A DNA stretch of 63,032 nucleotides, counting the filler, from Octopus bimaculoides (lineage: Eukaryota), in assembly GCF_001194135.2 (NCBI RefSeq). It is 5 parts of 5 records of this genome, joined end to end, with 100 filler letters (N's around TTAATTAATTAA, not from the genome) between each part and the next. Parts side by side here need not be neighbours in the genome. Positions count along the whole stretch, not along the records: positions 23,640 to 32,538 come from NC_068982.1; positions 32,639 to 41,192 come from NC_069001.1; 3 more parts are not named here. One strand, written 5' to 3'. A program made the translations under genes and the position numbers. The first letter of the stretch is position 1. Every line of letters begins with the position of its first letter. The notes beneath the pieces were generated by a model that saw only the letters and a list, made by a program, of their open reading frames with translations, searched no databases and had not been told where the DNA came from. This document shows positions 24,020 through 35,600 of the stretch, piece by piece.

Positions 24020-26365
24020 TTGTTCAAGCTTCGCAGTGTGAATGTGCGTGGCCTGGGATCGTATTGGAAGCAAGTACGCTTGCTAAACGATTTCGGGCCA
24101 TGGGATTTGGATGCCATAGCCACCAGTGAAACCGGGCTGACCGGGCCGCAAGCCCTTCTTCCCCTCTTCAATGGCTACGATATATACTTATCTCCATGCC
24201 AGCCCAGAAGGGCGGGGGAACTGTGGTCTTATTCTGGAAAGGCCTGGATTTAGAAATCGAGACAATCTTTGTGGATCGAGAGGGCAAGCTGGTCGTCCTT
24301 GACGTGACGCATAGCAGCGGCAGCGCTTTCAGACTGGTTGCTGTCTACGCTCCAAACAACACAGGGCAATCCGACTGTTTCAGGTGCCTAGATACTTTCC
24401 TTGGGACGTCGCGCACGTTAGTATTAGTAGGTGTCTTTAACACAATTCTGGATGCACGGGTGGATTGTGTTGGCTCAATACCAAATAGCAAAGGGAACAC
24501 TTGCCTCACTAACCTGCTCAGTCAATTCCAGCTGGCTGACAGGTTTAGAATGGATCACTCGAATGATCCTATGTGAACACGGACTAACAACATCGGGTCT
24601 TCCAGATCTTACTTAGATAGAGTATTCATTAGGTTAGGCGATAAATCTAGCGTTAGTTGTCCACAATTTCAGATCGTCAGGTATATGGATCACAAATTTG
24701 TGATTTGTAAGCTTGATCTTGATAGATTTTGAAGACAAGGCTCGACATACTGGAAGCCAAACACGTCACTCTTTGCGAGCAAAGCCAACAGTTACCGGAT
24801 TAGAGAATTAGTGAATAGGGCGCTTACGGGTGCCATCATTAACAACAGCTGGTGGTACACCCTAAAAAAGAGCCATTAAATTTGAGTCACGTAGATATAG
24901 CAAAGTTTTAGCATTAGAGAAAATAGAATAGAAAGGGACTTAGTTAGCACACTAGAAGAGGCACTAAAATCTGGCAATGCTTCTAAAGTAATGACAGCGA
25001 GATTCGCCCTCAACCAACACCTCAATGCCAAGCGCGGAGGTTGCATTGTCAGGGCCAAGTCACGTGCTATGAGACAAAAGGGAATCAACGCCGTGCGTCG
25101 GGCCCCTGTGGTAGAAGCCCAACGTGGCAACAAAGCCCCCATGCGGTCTTTGATCGACCAAAAGGGGTGCACGGTTAACGAACCCGACAAAAAGTGTTAG
25201 GTCCTTCACCAGCATTTCGATCAACTGTTCGGGACGAGTGGTGGGCCAGATCGGGATGGACTTCTCGGACTTCCTGGCTGGCCTGCTGCAACCCTCGGCG
25301 CAAGAGGCGGAGTGCTGTGAAGGGCCGATCACAGCTGCGGAGATAGAAGAGACCTATCGGGCTGTGTTGGGGGAAAATTTGCCGAGTCTAGATGGTCTGC
25401 CTTACCAATTCCACTATAATATGCCAGGCTTGTTTGGGCACTTACTGGCAAATATCTACGCCAACTGGCAGCAGAATAGCATTCCTAGCTCTGTGGTTCT
25501 GCTAAGAAAGGATGCAAACAAGGGGGACGTAATAGATAACTTCAGGCCCATCACTCTGCTTAATGCAGAGCTGAAGACTTTGACCAAGGTGCTAGGCATG
25601 AGTTTGGCGCTTGTCGTCGACAAACTAGTTGGGGGAGGGGGGGCACAAAAATGCGCCATCCCATCCAGAACAATCGCCAGCATCCTCCACCTCATACACT
25701 ACACCACAGACAGGGTGGTTAACAATCCTGGCATGAGAGGGGCACTGATACATTTAAATTAGTTTAAAGCGTTCGATAGGGCTGACCAGCTCTACTTGGC
25801 GGCAGTCCGCGAAGCGGCCGGGTTTGACCCAGACTTCCACGGTTGGATCACCGCCTTATACGGAAACATTAAATCGGCAGTACGGATGAGTGATCATCTT
25901 CCAGAGCCATTCAGTACCGTGCGTTCGGTCCGCCAAGGATGTCTCCTATCCTCCCTCCTGTACGTTCTGGCCTTTGAGCCATTACTGCAGAAATCGGAGG
26001 CCTTGAGGGGAATCCCACGTGATCTGGAGTGCGAGAGTCGGTGTCAGCGTATGCAGACAACATCAGCGTCATCGTATCATGTGACAGACACCTGCATCTA
26101 GTAGGTGATGCCATTACGGAGTACGGAGCGGTATCAGGGGCAAAAATAAATCGTGATAAGTCGGTCAACCTGCAGCACGCACCTGGAGAGGCAGGTCGAT
26201 GCCACCCAACAACGTCGAAGGACGTTGGACGGGTGGCCTCGTGAAATTGCTCGGGGTGTGGTTTGGTCCAGACCTCCAAAGAGAAACTGGGGTGAGGTTA
26301 CGAGCATGGTGGCTAATCTCACCCAGAAATAGCATGAGGAGCTGTCCCTGAAAGGGAGGGTGGAG
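24020..26365 (+). mobile_element. Tx1/L1-clade LINE ORF2 relic (APE endonuclease plus reverse transcriptase), many stops and frameshifts
   Basis: APE motifs: SVNVRGL, IATSETG, RLVAVYAP, LVGVFN, SRSYLDRVF. RT motifs: LDGLPYQF, NFRPITLLNAELK, KAFDR, SVRQGCLLSSLLYVLAFEPLL, SAYADN, GAKINRDKS. Confidence 0.95.
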
Positions 26366-26612
26366 CTAGCGAGTACAGGTGTGAGTGTTGGTGTATCTGT
26401 AATTGTTAGTTAGATAATATGAAAGTGTATGTGGGAAGAGGAGTGAGTGTGTAGGGGGATACAGATGTCGGGGAAGCATACAGGATAGCAATATATACAT
26501 ACATACACACATACATATAAATATATACATAACTTTATACATATTTATATATATATATTTGTATTGTGTGTGCGTGCGTGTGTGTGTGTGTCTATATGCA
26601 TGAATATGAGTA

Positions 26613-26658
<46 letters not shown>

Positions 26659-26770
26659 NNNNNNNNNNNNNNNNNNNNNNNNNNNNNNNNNNNNNNNNNN
26701 NNNNNNNNNNNNNNNNNNNNNNNNNNNNNNNNNNNNNNNNNNNNNNNNNNNNNNNNNNNNNNNATATATA

Positions 26771-27171
26771 GACGTGGCTGTGTGGTTAGAAACTTGCTTC
26801 CCAACCACATGGTTCCGGGTTCAGTCCTACTGCGTGGTACCTTTGGCAAATGTCTTCTACTATAGCCTCGGGCCGACCAAAGCCTTGTGAGTGAATTTGG
26901 TCATCGGAAACTGAAAGAAGCCCGTCGTGTCTATATATATGTGTGTATGAGTGTGTGTGTGTGCGTGTGTGTGTGTTTGTTCCCCCACCATCGCTTGACA
27001 ACCGATGTTGGTGTGTTTATGTCCGCGAAGCTCAGCGTTTCAGCAAAAGTGACCGATAGAATAAGTACTAGACTTACAAAGAATAAGTGCTGGGGTCGTT
27101 TTATTCGATTAAAAGCGGTGCTCTAGCATGGCCGCAGTCAAATGACTGAAACGTGTAAAAGAGTAAAAGAC
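26771..27171 (+). mobile_element. SINE family B (tRNA head, CORE-like 5' body, internal TA/TG microsatellite, AAAAGAGT tail)
   Basis: A-box GTGGCTGTGTGGT, B-box GGTTCAGTCC, CCTTTGGCAAATGTCTTC, internal (TG)n, 3' AATGACTGAAAC.TGTAAAAGAGTAAAAGA. Confidence 0.9.
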
Positions 27172-27173
27172 TA

Positions 27174-27207
<34 letters not shown>

Positions 27208-27239
27208 CATGTATGTATGCATGTATGTATATCTTAAAA

Positions 27240-27720
27240 AGATCAATGCCGGTGCTAATACCTGGAAATATATTGCATCAGCTAGGGGGCTGTTGTGGAA
27301 GAATTTGCTTGCTACTGGTGTTTGAAAACATGTATTTGAAAACAAGTGTCGCATACACTGAGTGAAAACATGCTGATAAATACATAAAGGATGTGAACCA
27401 TCTTCCTGAGAAGGGCACAAAACAGTTTCTGTTGTGTGACTAGTGTGATCGTGTCTTCTTCTCAAAGGCAGGCATACTCAGTCACAAGTGTGGTCACGGA
27501 GGTAACCCTGTCTACCAGTGTGATGCGCAGCATGTTCTCTCGTGCACTTTGCGTAGCAGAGTAAGTCAGCCAGTGAACTCACTCAGCATTGTAGGTACCA
27601 ACATCCAGATGGCCTGGCTTTTGCTGTAGGAGTGCTGACTTCTGATGGGTATGGAATGACTTATAGGTCTGTTGCAGGCCTGTATGAGCCATATGAGACA
27701 TCTTCAGCGGTGAAGAGACC
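27240..27720 (+). mobile_element. RTE-clade LINE 3' fragment with C2H2-like zinc fingers
   Basis: TWKYIASARGLLWKNLLATGV (RTE C-terminal W..LA..R..W motif), CD*CDRVFFSKAGILSHKCGH at 27435-27497, and a frameshifted ..RSVAGL.SHMRH near 27640-27702. Confidence 0.7.
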
Positions 27721-28124
27721 AAATCTGAGGCTTTTCATCGAGTGAAATGCGTCACGATTTAACTTCGACCATATATGTAGACATAGCAATCATTCACAAG
27801 CAATTATGATCTGATACCAGATACAATGATTTCGTTAATTATTTTAGGCGTTTGAGTTGTCGCAAGCAGACACAGATGCCCCCTCTCGTCAACCTACATC
27901 CCCAGATTTTTGTACACGTTTCAAATTAGCTTATTTCTCATTTTGCTTTTGATAAGAGACTTTTATGGCCGAAATATTGAAGTGTAAGTTAAAACTGTAA
28001 ATTGTTGTTTTTGTTTTATTTTTGTTTTTACTGTTGTATTTTCAACTTGCAATGTAGTGATTTTAATTCTATTTCACATTGATTCTTATAAACTATACTA
28101 TTTTAATAAATGTAGAGAGAAAAG

Positions 28125-28299
<175 letters not shown>

Positions 28300-28519
28300 G
28301 ACAAAGAGAGACAGACTGAGAGGCTTTGTGTACGACTTCATTTCACGCTTCATTATATTATAGCAATAACAAACACCAATGTTATTCTGAAATAAAAATG
28401 TCAAAAAAATAACAACAATATAATACTATAAATTGCTTGAAAATTTTAATAGAAAAATCACGGGTAAATTTCATATGAAGTGGCACTATCAGTTGCAAAC
28501 AATTGCTTGTTGTAGTTCG

Positions 28520-28980
28520 TGTGCTTGTAAGTGGTGTGGTGTAGTGTGTGTATGTGTATGTGTGTGTGTGCGCGCACGTGTATGTGTTGTTTTGTAATAT
28601 AGTATATGAACTTGTGTCTTCGTGAGAAGTATGGTGTTGTGCGATGTTATATGTGCGCTGTGTGAGTGGGGTGGCATGTAATATGCTGTGTTCGTGTTGT
28701 AGTACAGTCTTGTGTCTGTGTTTATGAGTGTGTAACGTGTGTTTATGCATGGTGTATGGTACATGTGGTGTGGTGAGTATATTGTGTGGCATATGTTTGT
28801 GGTTGTATCTATGTGATGTGTGGTTTGTCGTGTGGTTATTCTTGCGTGTACGTGGTACGTGTGTACTGTTTCCCTGCATACAAGCGTGCATGTGTGTGTG
28901 TATTTGTCTGTTTGTGCTATATATGTTTTTGTCTGTAGAATTTTCCACGTATATATGTATATATATATATATATATATNN
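28520..28980. repeat. Cryptic, highly degenerate GT-rich simple-sequence tract
   Basis: G/T-skewed sequence of GTGT, GTGGT and TATGT variants ending in (TA)n. Confidence 0.7.
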
Positions 28981-29734
28981 NNNNNNNNNNNNNNNNNNNN
29001 NNNNNNNNNNNNNNNNNNNNNNNNNNNNNNNNNNNNNNNNNNNNNNNNNNNNNNNNNNNNNNNNNNNNNNNNNNNNNNNNNNNNNNNNNNNNNNNNNNNN
29101 NNNNNNNNNNNNNNNNNNNNNNNNNNNNNNNNNNNNNNNNNNNNNNNNNNNNNNNNNNNNNNNNNNNNNNNNNNATATACATACATATATGTATGCAAAG
29201 TGCGTGTGTATATGTATATGTATTTGTGTGCATCTACGTAAGTGCTTGTGAGTGTTTGATGGTGGAATGTCTTTCTTATTCTCTCTCCTTATATTTCAGT
29301 TTCTTTAATTCCACTTCAAAACTTTTATTCTGTTGAACGATACAAAGAACGTTTTGACGGAATCTGTCATATTGATTTCGTTTGTACTATTTTTCTTTTT
29401 TGTATTGTGTATATATGTGTATATGTACGTGTGCGTGTGAACTAGGTGTGTTTGAGAAAAAATACATGTATTTATATGTATATGTATACATACATATACA
29501 CACACATACACACACAAACACACACATATATATTTATAGATATACACACACAGAGATTCTAGAAACGGTGGTAGTATTTTGCGTGGACTAAAAGTGTATT
29601 GGTAGAGTTTTAAAATTCTTTAAGTTTTCTGCTTTTCGAAGAAGTCCGACGTTTCAGACAAAGTTCTTCTGCATGGAATGAAAGGAGTTTTACTTCGTTA
29701 TGATTTTGTAAGATAGCTGTGAATGAACAGCAAA

Positions 29735-30165
29735 CATTGATCTAAGGCATTCCAACCATGAGCATTCTGTTCCTTTTCAAACAATAGGCTACGTTATACT
29801 CTCTGTCAATATCTCCATCATTTTTTTAAGACACTAAGTTGAGCGGCAAGGGTAGTTTGACTGCTATTTCTAATAAGTCAACGACCACATAGGGTTTCCT
29901 TCATTGGCTTGTGAAGAAAGTGAGTGTTGTTGTTGTTGTTATTGTTTAGCTTTAAGTCAGCCCTTATAAACCAAATGACATGCTAAAAGACATTCCAGTC
30001 GTGACCATCCTATATATCAGAGATATAGTGCAGCCGTAACTTTCCCTTCTTATTTTCAAACAATTTATATTGAGAATTGCATTATCAGACACCTCCTTCA
30101 CTTTTAAAGTAACGAGAGGAGATCTTTACTGTTATCTCTACTTGAGCGAATGATCTCATAGAGCC
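29735..30165. mobile_element. Two tandem degraded family D copies
   Basis: GATCTAAGGCATTCCAACCATGA...TTTGACTGCTATTTCTA..GACCACATAG, then GTTGTT..GTTTAGCTTTAAGTCAGCCC...CATTCCAGTCGTGACCATCC. Confidence 0.55.
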
Positions 30166-30264
30166 TCTCTTGCTGGTCCATGAAGCAAATGGTTTTGTAC
30201 ATTTTTGACTTAACACGTTTTGATTTGGCGAAAAAGCGAAAATCTTTCTCTTTTTATTAACTAC

Positions 30265-30301
<37 letters not shown>

Positions 30302-30552
30302 TCTTCCTCCCCCTCTCTCTCTCTCCTTCTTCCTCCTCCCCTCTCTCTCTCTCTTCCTCTCTCTCTCTCTCTCCCCCTCGCACTGACACGACATCCTTAT
30401 AGGTGATATTTTTTTCTGCGAATTACACATTTAAAGAATAGAAAGACTAACTTCTAGTTAGAGTTATGATTGTAAAAATGTTCAATTACAAGAAAATTCA
30501 ATTATTTCTTTATTTTATTATGCTTCGTATTTTCAAGTTAGTTAACTTTTAC

Positions 30553-30660
30553 ATCTCAGTCTAACGTTGGACATGTATTTCTGGAGTGAATATGCACTAT
30601 ATTTAGTTCCAGAATAATCACCCGAACTTCCTTCGTTTTGAGGCAATTGAACGCTATCGC
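30553..30660 (-). CDS. Candidate exon (108 nt, phase 1-1)
   Basis: Acceptor TTATTCTGTAATAG|, weak donor AT|GTAAAA. Reads GDSVQLPQNEGSSGDYSGTKYSAYSLQKYMSNVRLR. Confidence 0.2.
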
Positions 30661-31139
30661 CTATTACAGAATAACATTTTTTTTCTCTTTGAAAGCAGGG
30701 TAATGAAACAGTTGCATTTTTGTGGAGGGGTTTTCTGATAAAAATTCGGGTTTCTCTTTGTTTGTTTTCTGCATTCTTTAGCAAAAATTTCTATTCAGCG
30801 ATATATTAATATAATACAATCAATGTAAAATCTCAGAAAGATAGAATGGTTGCCGAACTAACCAAGAGTCCATCACGAATATAATACAAAAAAAATCTTA
30901 TAAATAGACACACAAATATATGTAGACGCATGCACACATACAGATACATGCACATACATATATGTGTCTGCGTGAGTGTACTTAAGTATGTATCCAAGTG
31001 TGTACGTATGTTCTGTGCTGGTGATTTTCTGTATGGGTGTACGATTCTGGATTGGCTGGCTGAATTGTCGTTCACGTCAGAGAGACAGACAGTTAAGCAG
31101 AAAATCACAGACAAACAATCACGGATAGAGAGAAGACAG

Positions 31140-31173
31140 AGCGATCGATCGACTGACTGATTGACTGAGTGAA

Positions 31174-31226
<53 letters not shown>

Positions 31227-31255
31227 AACTGACTGAACGATTGACTGATAGACGA
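31140..31255. repeat. (GATT)n/(GACT)n microsatellite
   Basis: Direct reading. Confidence 0.92.
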
Positions 31256-31557
31256 CGCAAGAAAATATAGAGAAATAGACTGACAACAATGCCATACAAG
31301 AGAGAAATCTAAGTGAAGCATAAATTGACAAGCAGAAGGAAATAGAAAAACAGAATGAGCGATAGGGAGATCAAACAAGTTTATCCGGCGTTTATCCACA
31401 GGTTCGCATAAAATAAAATGTATCTACAAATATATGTGTGTGTGTTTGTGTGCGTGTGTGTTTATTTATATGTGTATCTATGCATGTATTATGACTAGAC
31501 TGATTAAAACGTTAAACCAATATATGTATTATTTTAAAAACATTTTTATGCATTAAT

Positions 31558-31650
31558 AGGCGCAGACGCAGTTGTGTGGATAAACGTCTGCTCCTCAGTC
31601 ACATGGTTCTGAGTTTAACTAATGACTAAAACAAGTAAAAGATAAAAGAT
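31558..31650 (+). mobile_element. Miniature SINE family B (head fused to tail)
   Basis: AGGCGCAG..GCAGTTGTGTGG...ACATGGTTCTGAGTT is joined directly to AATGACTAAAACAAGTAAAAGATAAAAGAT. Confidence 0.65.
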
Positions 31651-31805
31651 ATACGGATCATGATTTTTTTAATTTTTAGAATTTATCCCAGAAATGAGTG
31701 GAAGTGCATTACAATTCCCTAAGTACGGAATTTCATAACCCGAGTCTCTGTAATTCAGATGTTGTTCGTATAGGTGTGCTAATATGTTTATATGCATATG
31801 CAAAT

Positions 31806-31806
31806 G

Positions 31807-31867
<61 letters not shown>

Positions 31868-31925
31868 GCATACATACATACATACATACATACATACATA
31901 CATACATACATACATACATACATAC
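31806..31925. repeat. (TAGA)n(CATA)n compound microsatellite
   Basis: Direct reading. Confidence 0.95.
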
Positions 31926-32538
31926 AAAAATACCCTGTTGTTGATGTTGGAATTCCAATGAAGGAGCCTTGGATCTAGGTTAGAAACCGGTTCTTTCTCT
32001 ATTGGCAAGAAATCTGGATATAAACTGAATAATGACATACGTACATATTGATATGGATATAAATGTATGTGTGCATGTATAAACACTCACAGACACACAT
32101 ATTTGAAAGGAAATATCGCTTGCTAATATAGGGATGAATATACTGCGTATACTGTAGGTTTTTAAAGCCCCCTCACAGTTCATTTTTTTTTTCCTATATA
32201 TGAACAGCTTATTTAGTGAAGAAGGATTCCGAAGAGGTGAAACTGTTATTAGATTATTTGAAAGATCACGTTGTATTCAACGCGAAAAACGAAGAACACA
32301 ACAAATAATCTAATTTCAAGTTAAATCAAAAGAATAATTAAACGTACAGATAATTAAGTTTTCAGCTTTACTGTTACAAAAATATCTGTAATAATAATAT
32401 AATGTATTACGCAGAACAAGATAGCGTAATTTCTTTTTTGTTTTTGTAAACCAAGTTTTTGTTTTACAAGGTTATTTCCCCTAAAATAACATAGAGCCAC
32501 ATGTAGATAGGTGTATATATATATATATATATATATAT

Positions 32539-32638
32539 NNNNNNNNNNNNNNNNNNNNNNNNNNNNNNNNNNNNNNNNNNNNTTAATTAATTAANNNNNN
32601 NNNNNNNNNNNNNNNNNNNNNNNNNNNNNNNNNNNNNN
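32539..32638. other. Synthetic 100-bp assembly spacer
   Basis: Same structure; 12-mer at 32583-32594. Confidence 0.95.
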
Positions 32639-35600
32639 CTTCGTAGGTACGTACGTACGTTCCTACGTTCGTTCATTCGATCGTTCGTTAGTGCGTTCGT
32701 TCTTGCTTACGTACGTTCTTTCTGCAGTCCGTCCGTTCGGTCGTTCGTACGTACATACGTTCGTTCGTTATTTCATTCGTACGAACGTACGTTCCCACGG
32801 TCGCACTTGCGTTCGTTCGTTCAATCGCCCGTTCGTACGTACGTGTGTACGTATGTTCGTTCGTTCGTTCATTCGTACGTACATACGTACGTATATACGT
32901 TGGTTCGTTTGTACGTACGTACTTACGTACATGCGTGCGTACGTACGTACGTTCGTTCGTTCGTTGGATCGTTCGTTTGTTCTTTTGTGCATTCGTACGT
33001 ATGTACATTCGTTCGTTAGTTCGTTCCTCGATCGTTCGTACATTCGTAGATACGTACGTACGTCCCTACCTTCGTTCGTGCTTACGTACGTACGTTCGTT
33101 CATTCGTTCGTACGTTCGTTCGGTTGGTCGGTCGTTCGTACTTACGTATGAACGTACGTTCGTTCTTTCGTTCATTCGTACGTATATACGTACGTTCGTT
33201 TGTACGTACGTACTTACGTACGTACGTTGGTTCGTTTGTCCGTTCCTTAGTGTGTTCCTACTTTCGTAGGTACGTACGTACGTTCCTACGTTCGTTCATT
33301 CGATCGTTCGTTAGTGCGTTCGTTCTTGTTTACGTACGTTCTTTCTTCAGTTCGTCCGTTCGGTCGTTCGTACGTACATACGTTCGTCCGTTCGGTCGTT
33401 CGTACGTACATACGTTCGTTCGTTCGTTATTTCATTCATACGAACATACGTTCCTACGTTCGTTCGTTCGTACGTACGTACGAACGCACTAACGAATGAA
33501 GTTACTTACGTACGTATTTACGTAAGAGCGAACGAAATATAGTACGTACGTAATTACGTACATTCTTACATTCGTTCGTTCCTTCAATCGTTCTTTCTTT
33601 TTGTGTTCGATTGATCGTTCATTGGTGCGTTCGTACGTACGTACTTTTGATCGTTCTTTCGTTGGATCGTTCGTTCATTCGTACGTACGTAGTACGTTCG
33701 TTCTTTCGTTCGGTCGGTCTTTCGTACTTACGTATGTACGTACGTTCATTCGTACGTACATACGTACGTACATACGTACGTACGTACATACGTTGGTTCG
33801 TTTGTACGTACGTGCGTTCGTTGGACAGTTCGTTTTTTTCTTTTGTGCATTCGTACGTACGTACGCTCGTTCGTTAGTTCGTACGTTCGTAGCTACGTAC
33901 GTACGTTCTTTCGTTCGTACGTTCGTTTATTCGTCCGTCTGTCCGGTCGGTCGTTCGAACATACGTATGTACTTTCGTTCGTTCGTTATTTCATTCCAAC
34001 GAACGTACGTTCCTACGGTCGCTCATGCGTTCGTTCGTTCGATCGCTCGTTCGTTCGATCCTAAATACTTAATTACGTACGTACGATATTTCGTTCGTTC
34101 GTACGTACATACGTAAGCACGTAAGTTCAACCGTTAGTTCATTCGTAGGTTCGTTCGTTCGTACGTACGTTCGTTCGTTCGTACGTTCTCTTGCTCCTTC
34201 ATTTCATTCGTTCATTCTTACGTACGTACGTACTTTCGTTCGTTCGTACGTTCGTACATACGTTCATTCGCTCGCTCGTTCGTTCGTTCTTACGTACGGA
34301 GGTACGTAGATGCTTTTGTTCGTTTATTCTGTCCGTCCGTACGTACGTACACAAGTCCATCGTTGGATCGTTCTTTCTTTCGTACCTACATACATACTTA
34401 CACTCGTTCGTTCCTTCAATCGTTCTTTCTTTATATTGTTCTATTGTTCGTTCATTTGTCCGTTCGTACGTACGTTCGTTCGTTCGTCGTACGTTCGTTC
34501 GTACGAAGGTACGTTCATTCGTTCGTTCACACTTACGAATGTACGTACGTTCATTCGTTCCTACATACGTACGTACGTATATATGTTGGTTCGTTTGTAC
34601 GTACGTTGATACGTGCGTACGTACGTTCATTCGTTCCATCTTTCGTTAGTACGTACGTACGTACGTTCGTTCGTTCGTGCTTACATACGTACGTTCGTTC
34701 TTTCGTTCGTACGTACGTTCGTTCGTTCATCCGTCCGTTCTGTCGTTCGTACGTACGTACGTATGTTCGTCGTTATTTCATTCCTACGAACGAAGGTACC
34801 TACGGTCGCTCTTGCGTTCGTTCGTTCGTTCTTTCATACGTACGTACTTATGTACGTTCGTTTCCTTGTTTGTTCGTTCGTTCCTTCGTACAAACATTCA
34901 ATCATTCTTTCTTTTGCTTAATTGGTCCGTTCGTACGTACGCACGNNNNNNNNNNNNNNNNNNNNNNNNNNNNNNNNNNNNNNNNNNNNNNNNNNNNNNN
35001 NNNNNNNNNNNNNNNNNNNNNNNNNNNNNNNNNNNNNNNNNNNNNNNNNNNNNNNNNNNNNNNNNNNNNNNNNNNNNNNNNNNNNNNNNNNNNNNNNNNN
35101 NNNNNNNNNNNNNNNNNNNNNNNNNNNNNNNNNNNNNNNNNNNNNNNNNNNNNNNNNNNNNNNNNNNNNNNNNNNNNNNNNNNNNNNNNNNNNNNNNNNN
35201 NNNNNNNNNNNNNNNNNNNNNNNNNNNNNNNNNNNNNNNNNNNNNNNNNNNNNNNNNNNNNNNNNNNNNNNNNNNNNNNNNNNNNNNNNNNNNNNNNNNN
35301 NNNNNNNNNNNNNNNNNNNNNNNNNNNNNNNNNNNNNNNNNNNNNNNNNNNNNNNNNNNNNNNNNNNNNNNNNNNNNNNNNNNNNNNNNNNNNNNNNNNN
35401 NNNNNNNNNNNNNNNNNNNNNNNNNNAATTGGTCCGTTCGTACTTACGCACGTACTTTTTGTTCGGCGTTCGTCGTTTGTTCGTTGGATCGTTCGTTCAT
35501 TCGTACGTACATACGTACTTTCGTTGTTTTGTTCGTACGAAAATACGTTGGTTCGTTTGTACGTACGTACTTACGTACATGCGTACGTACATACGTTCGT

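Noticed and set aside
23640-26365. The (TAA)n-tailed LINE end and the Tx1 relic as one chimeric element
   Set aside because: The first piece is a 3' end, about 120 bp of unrelated sequence separates them, and there is no shared target duplication.
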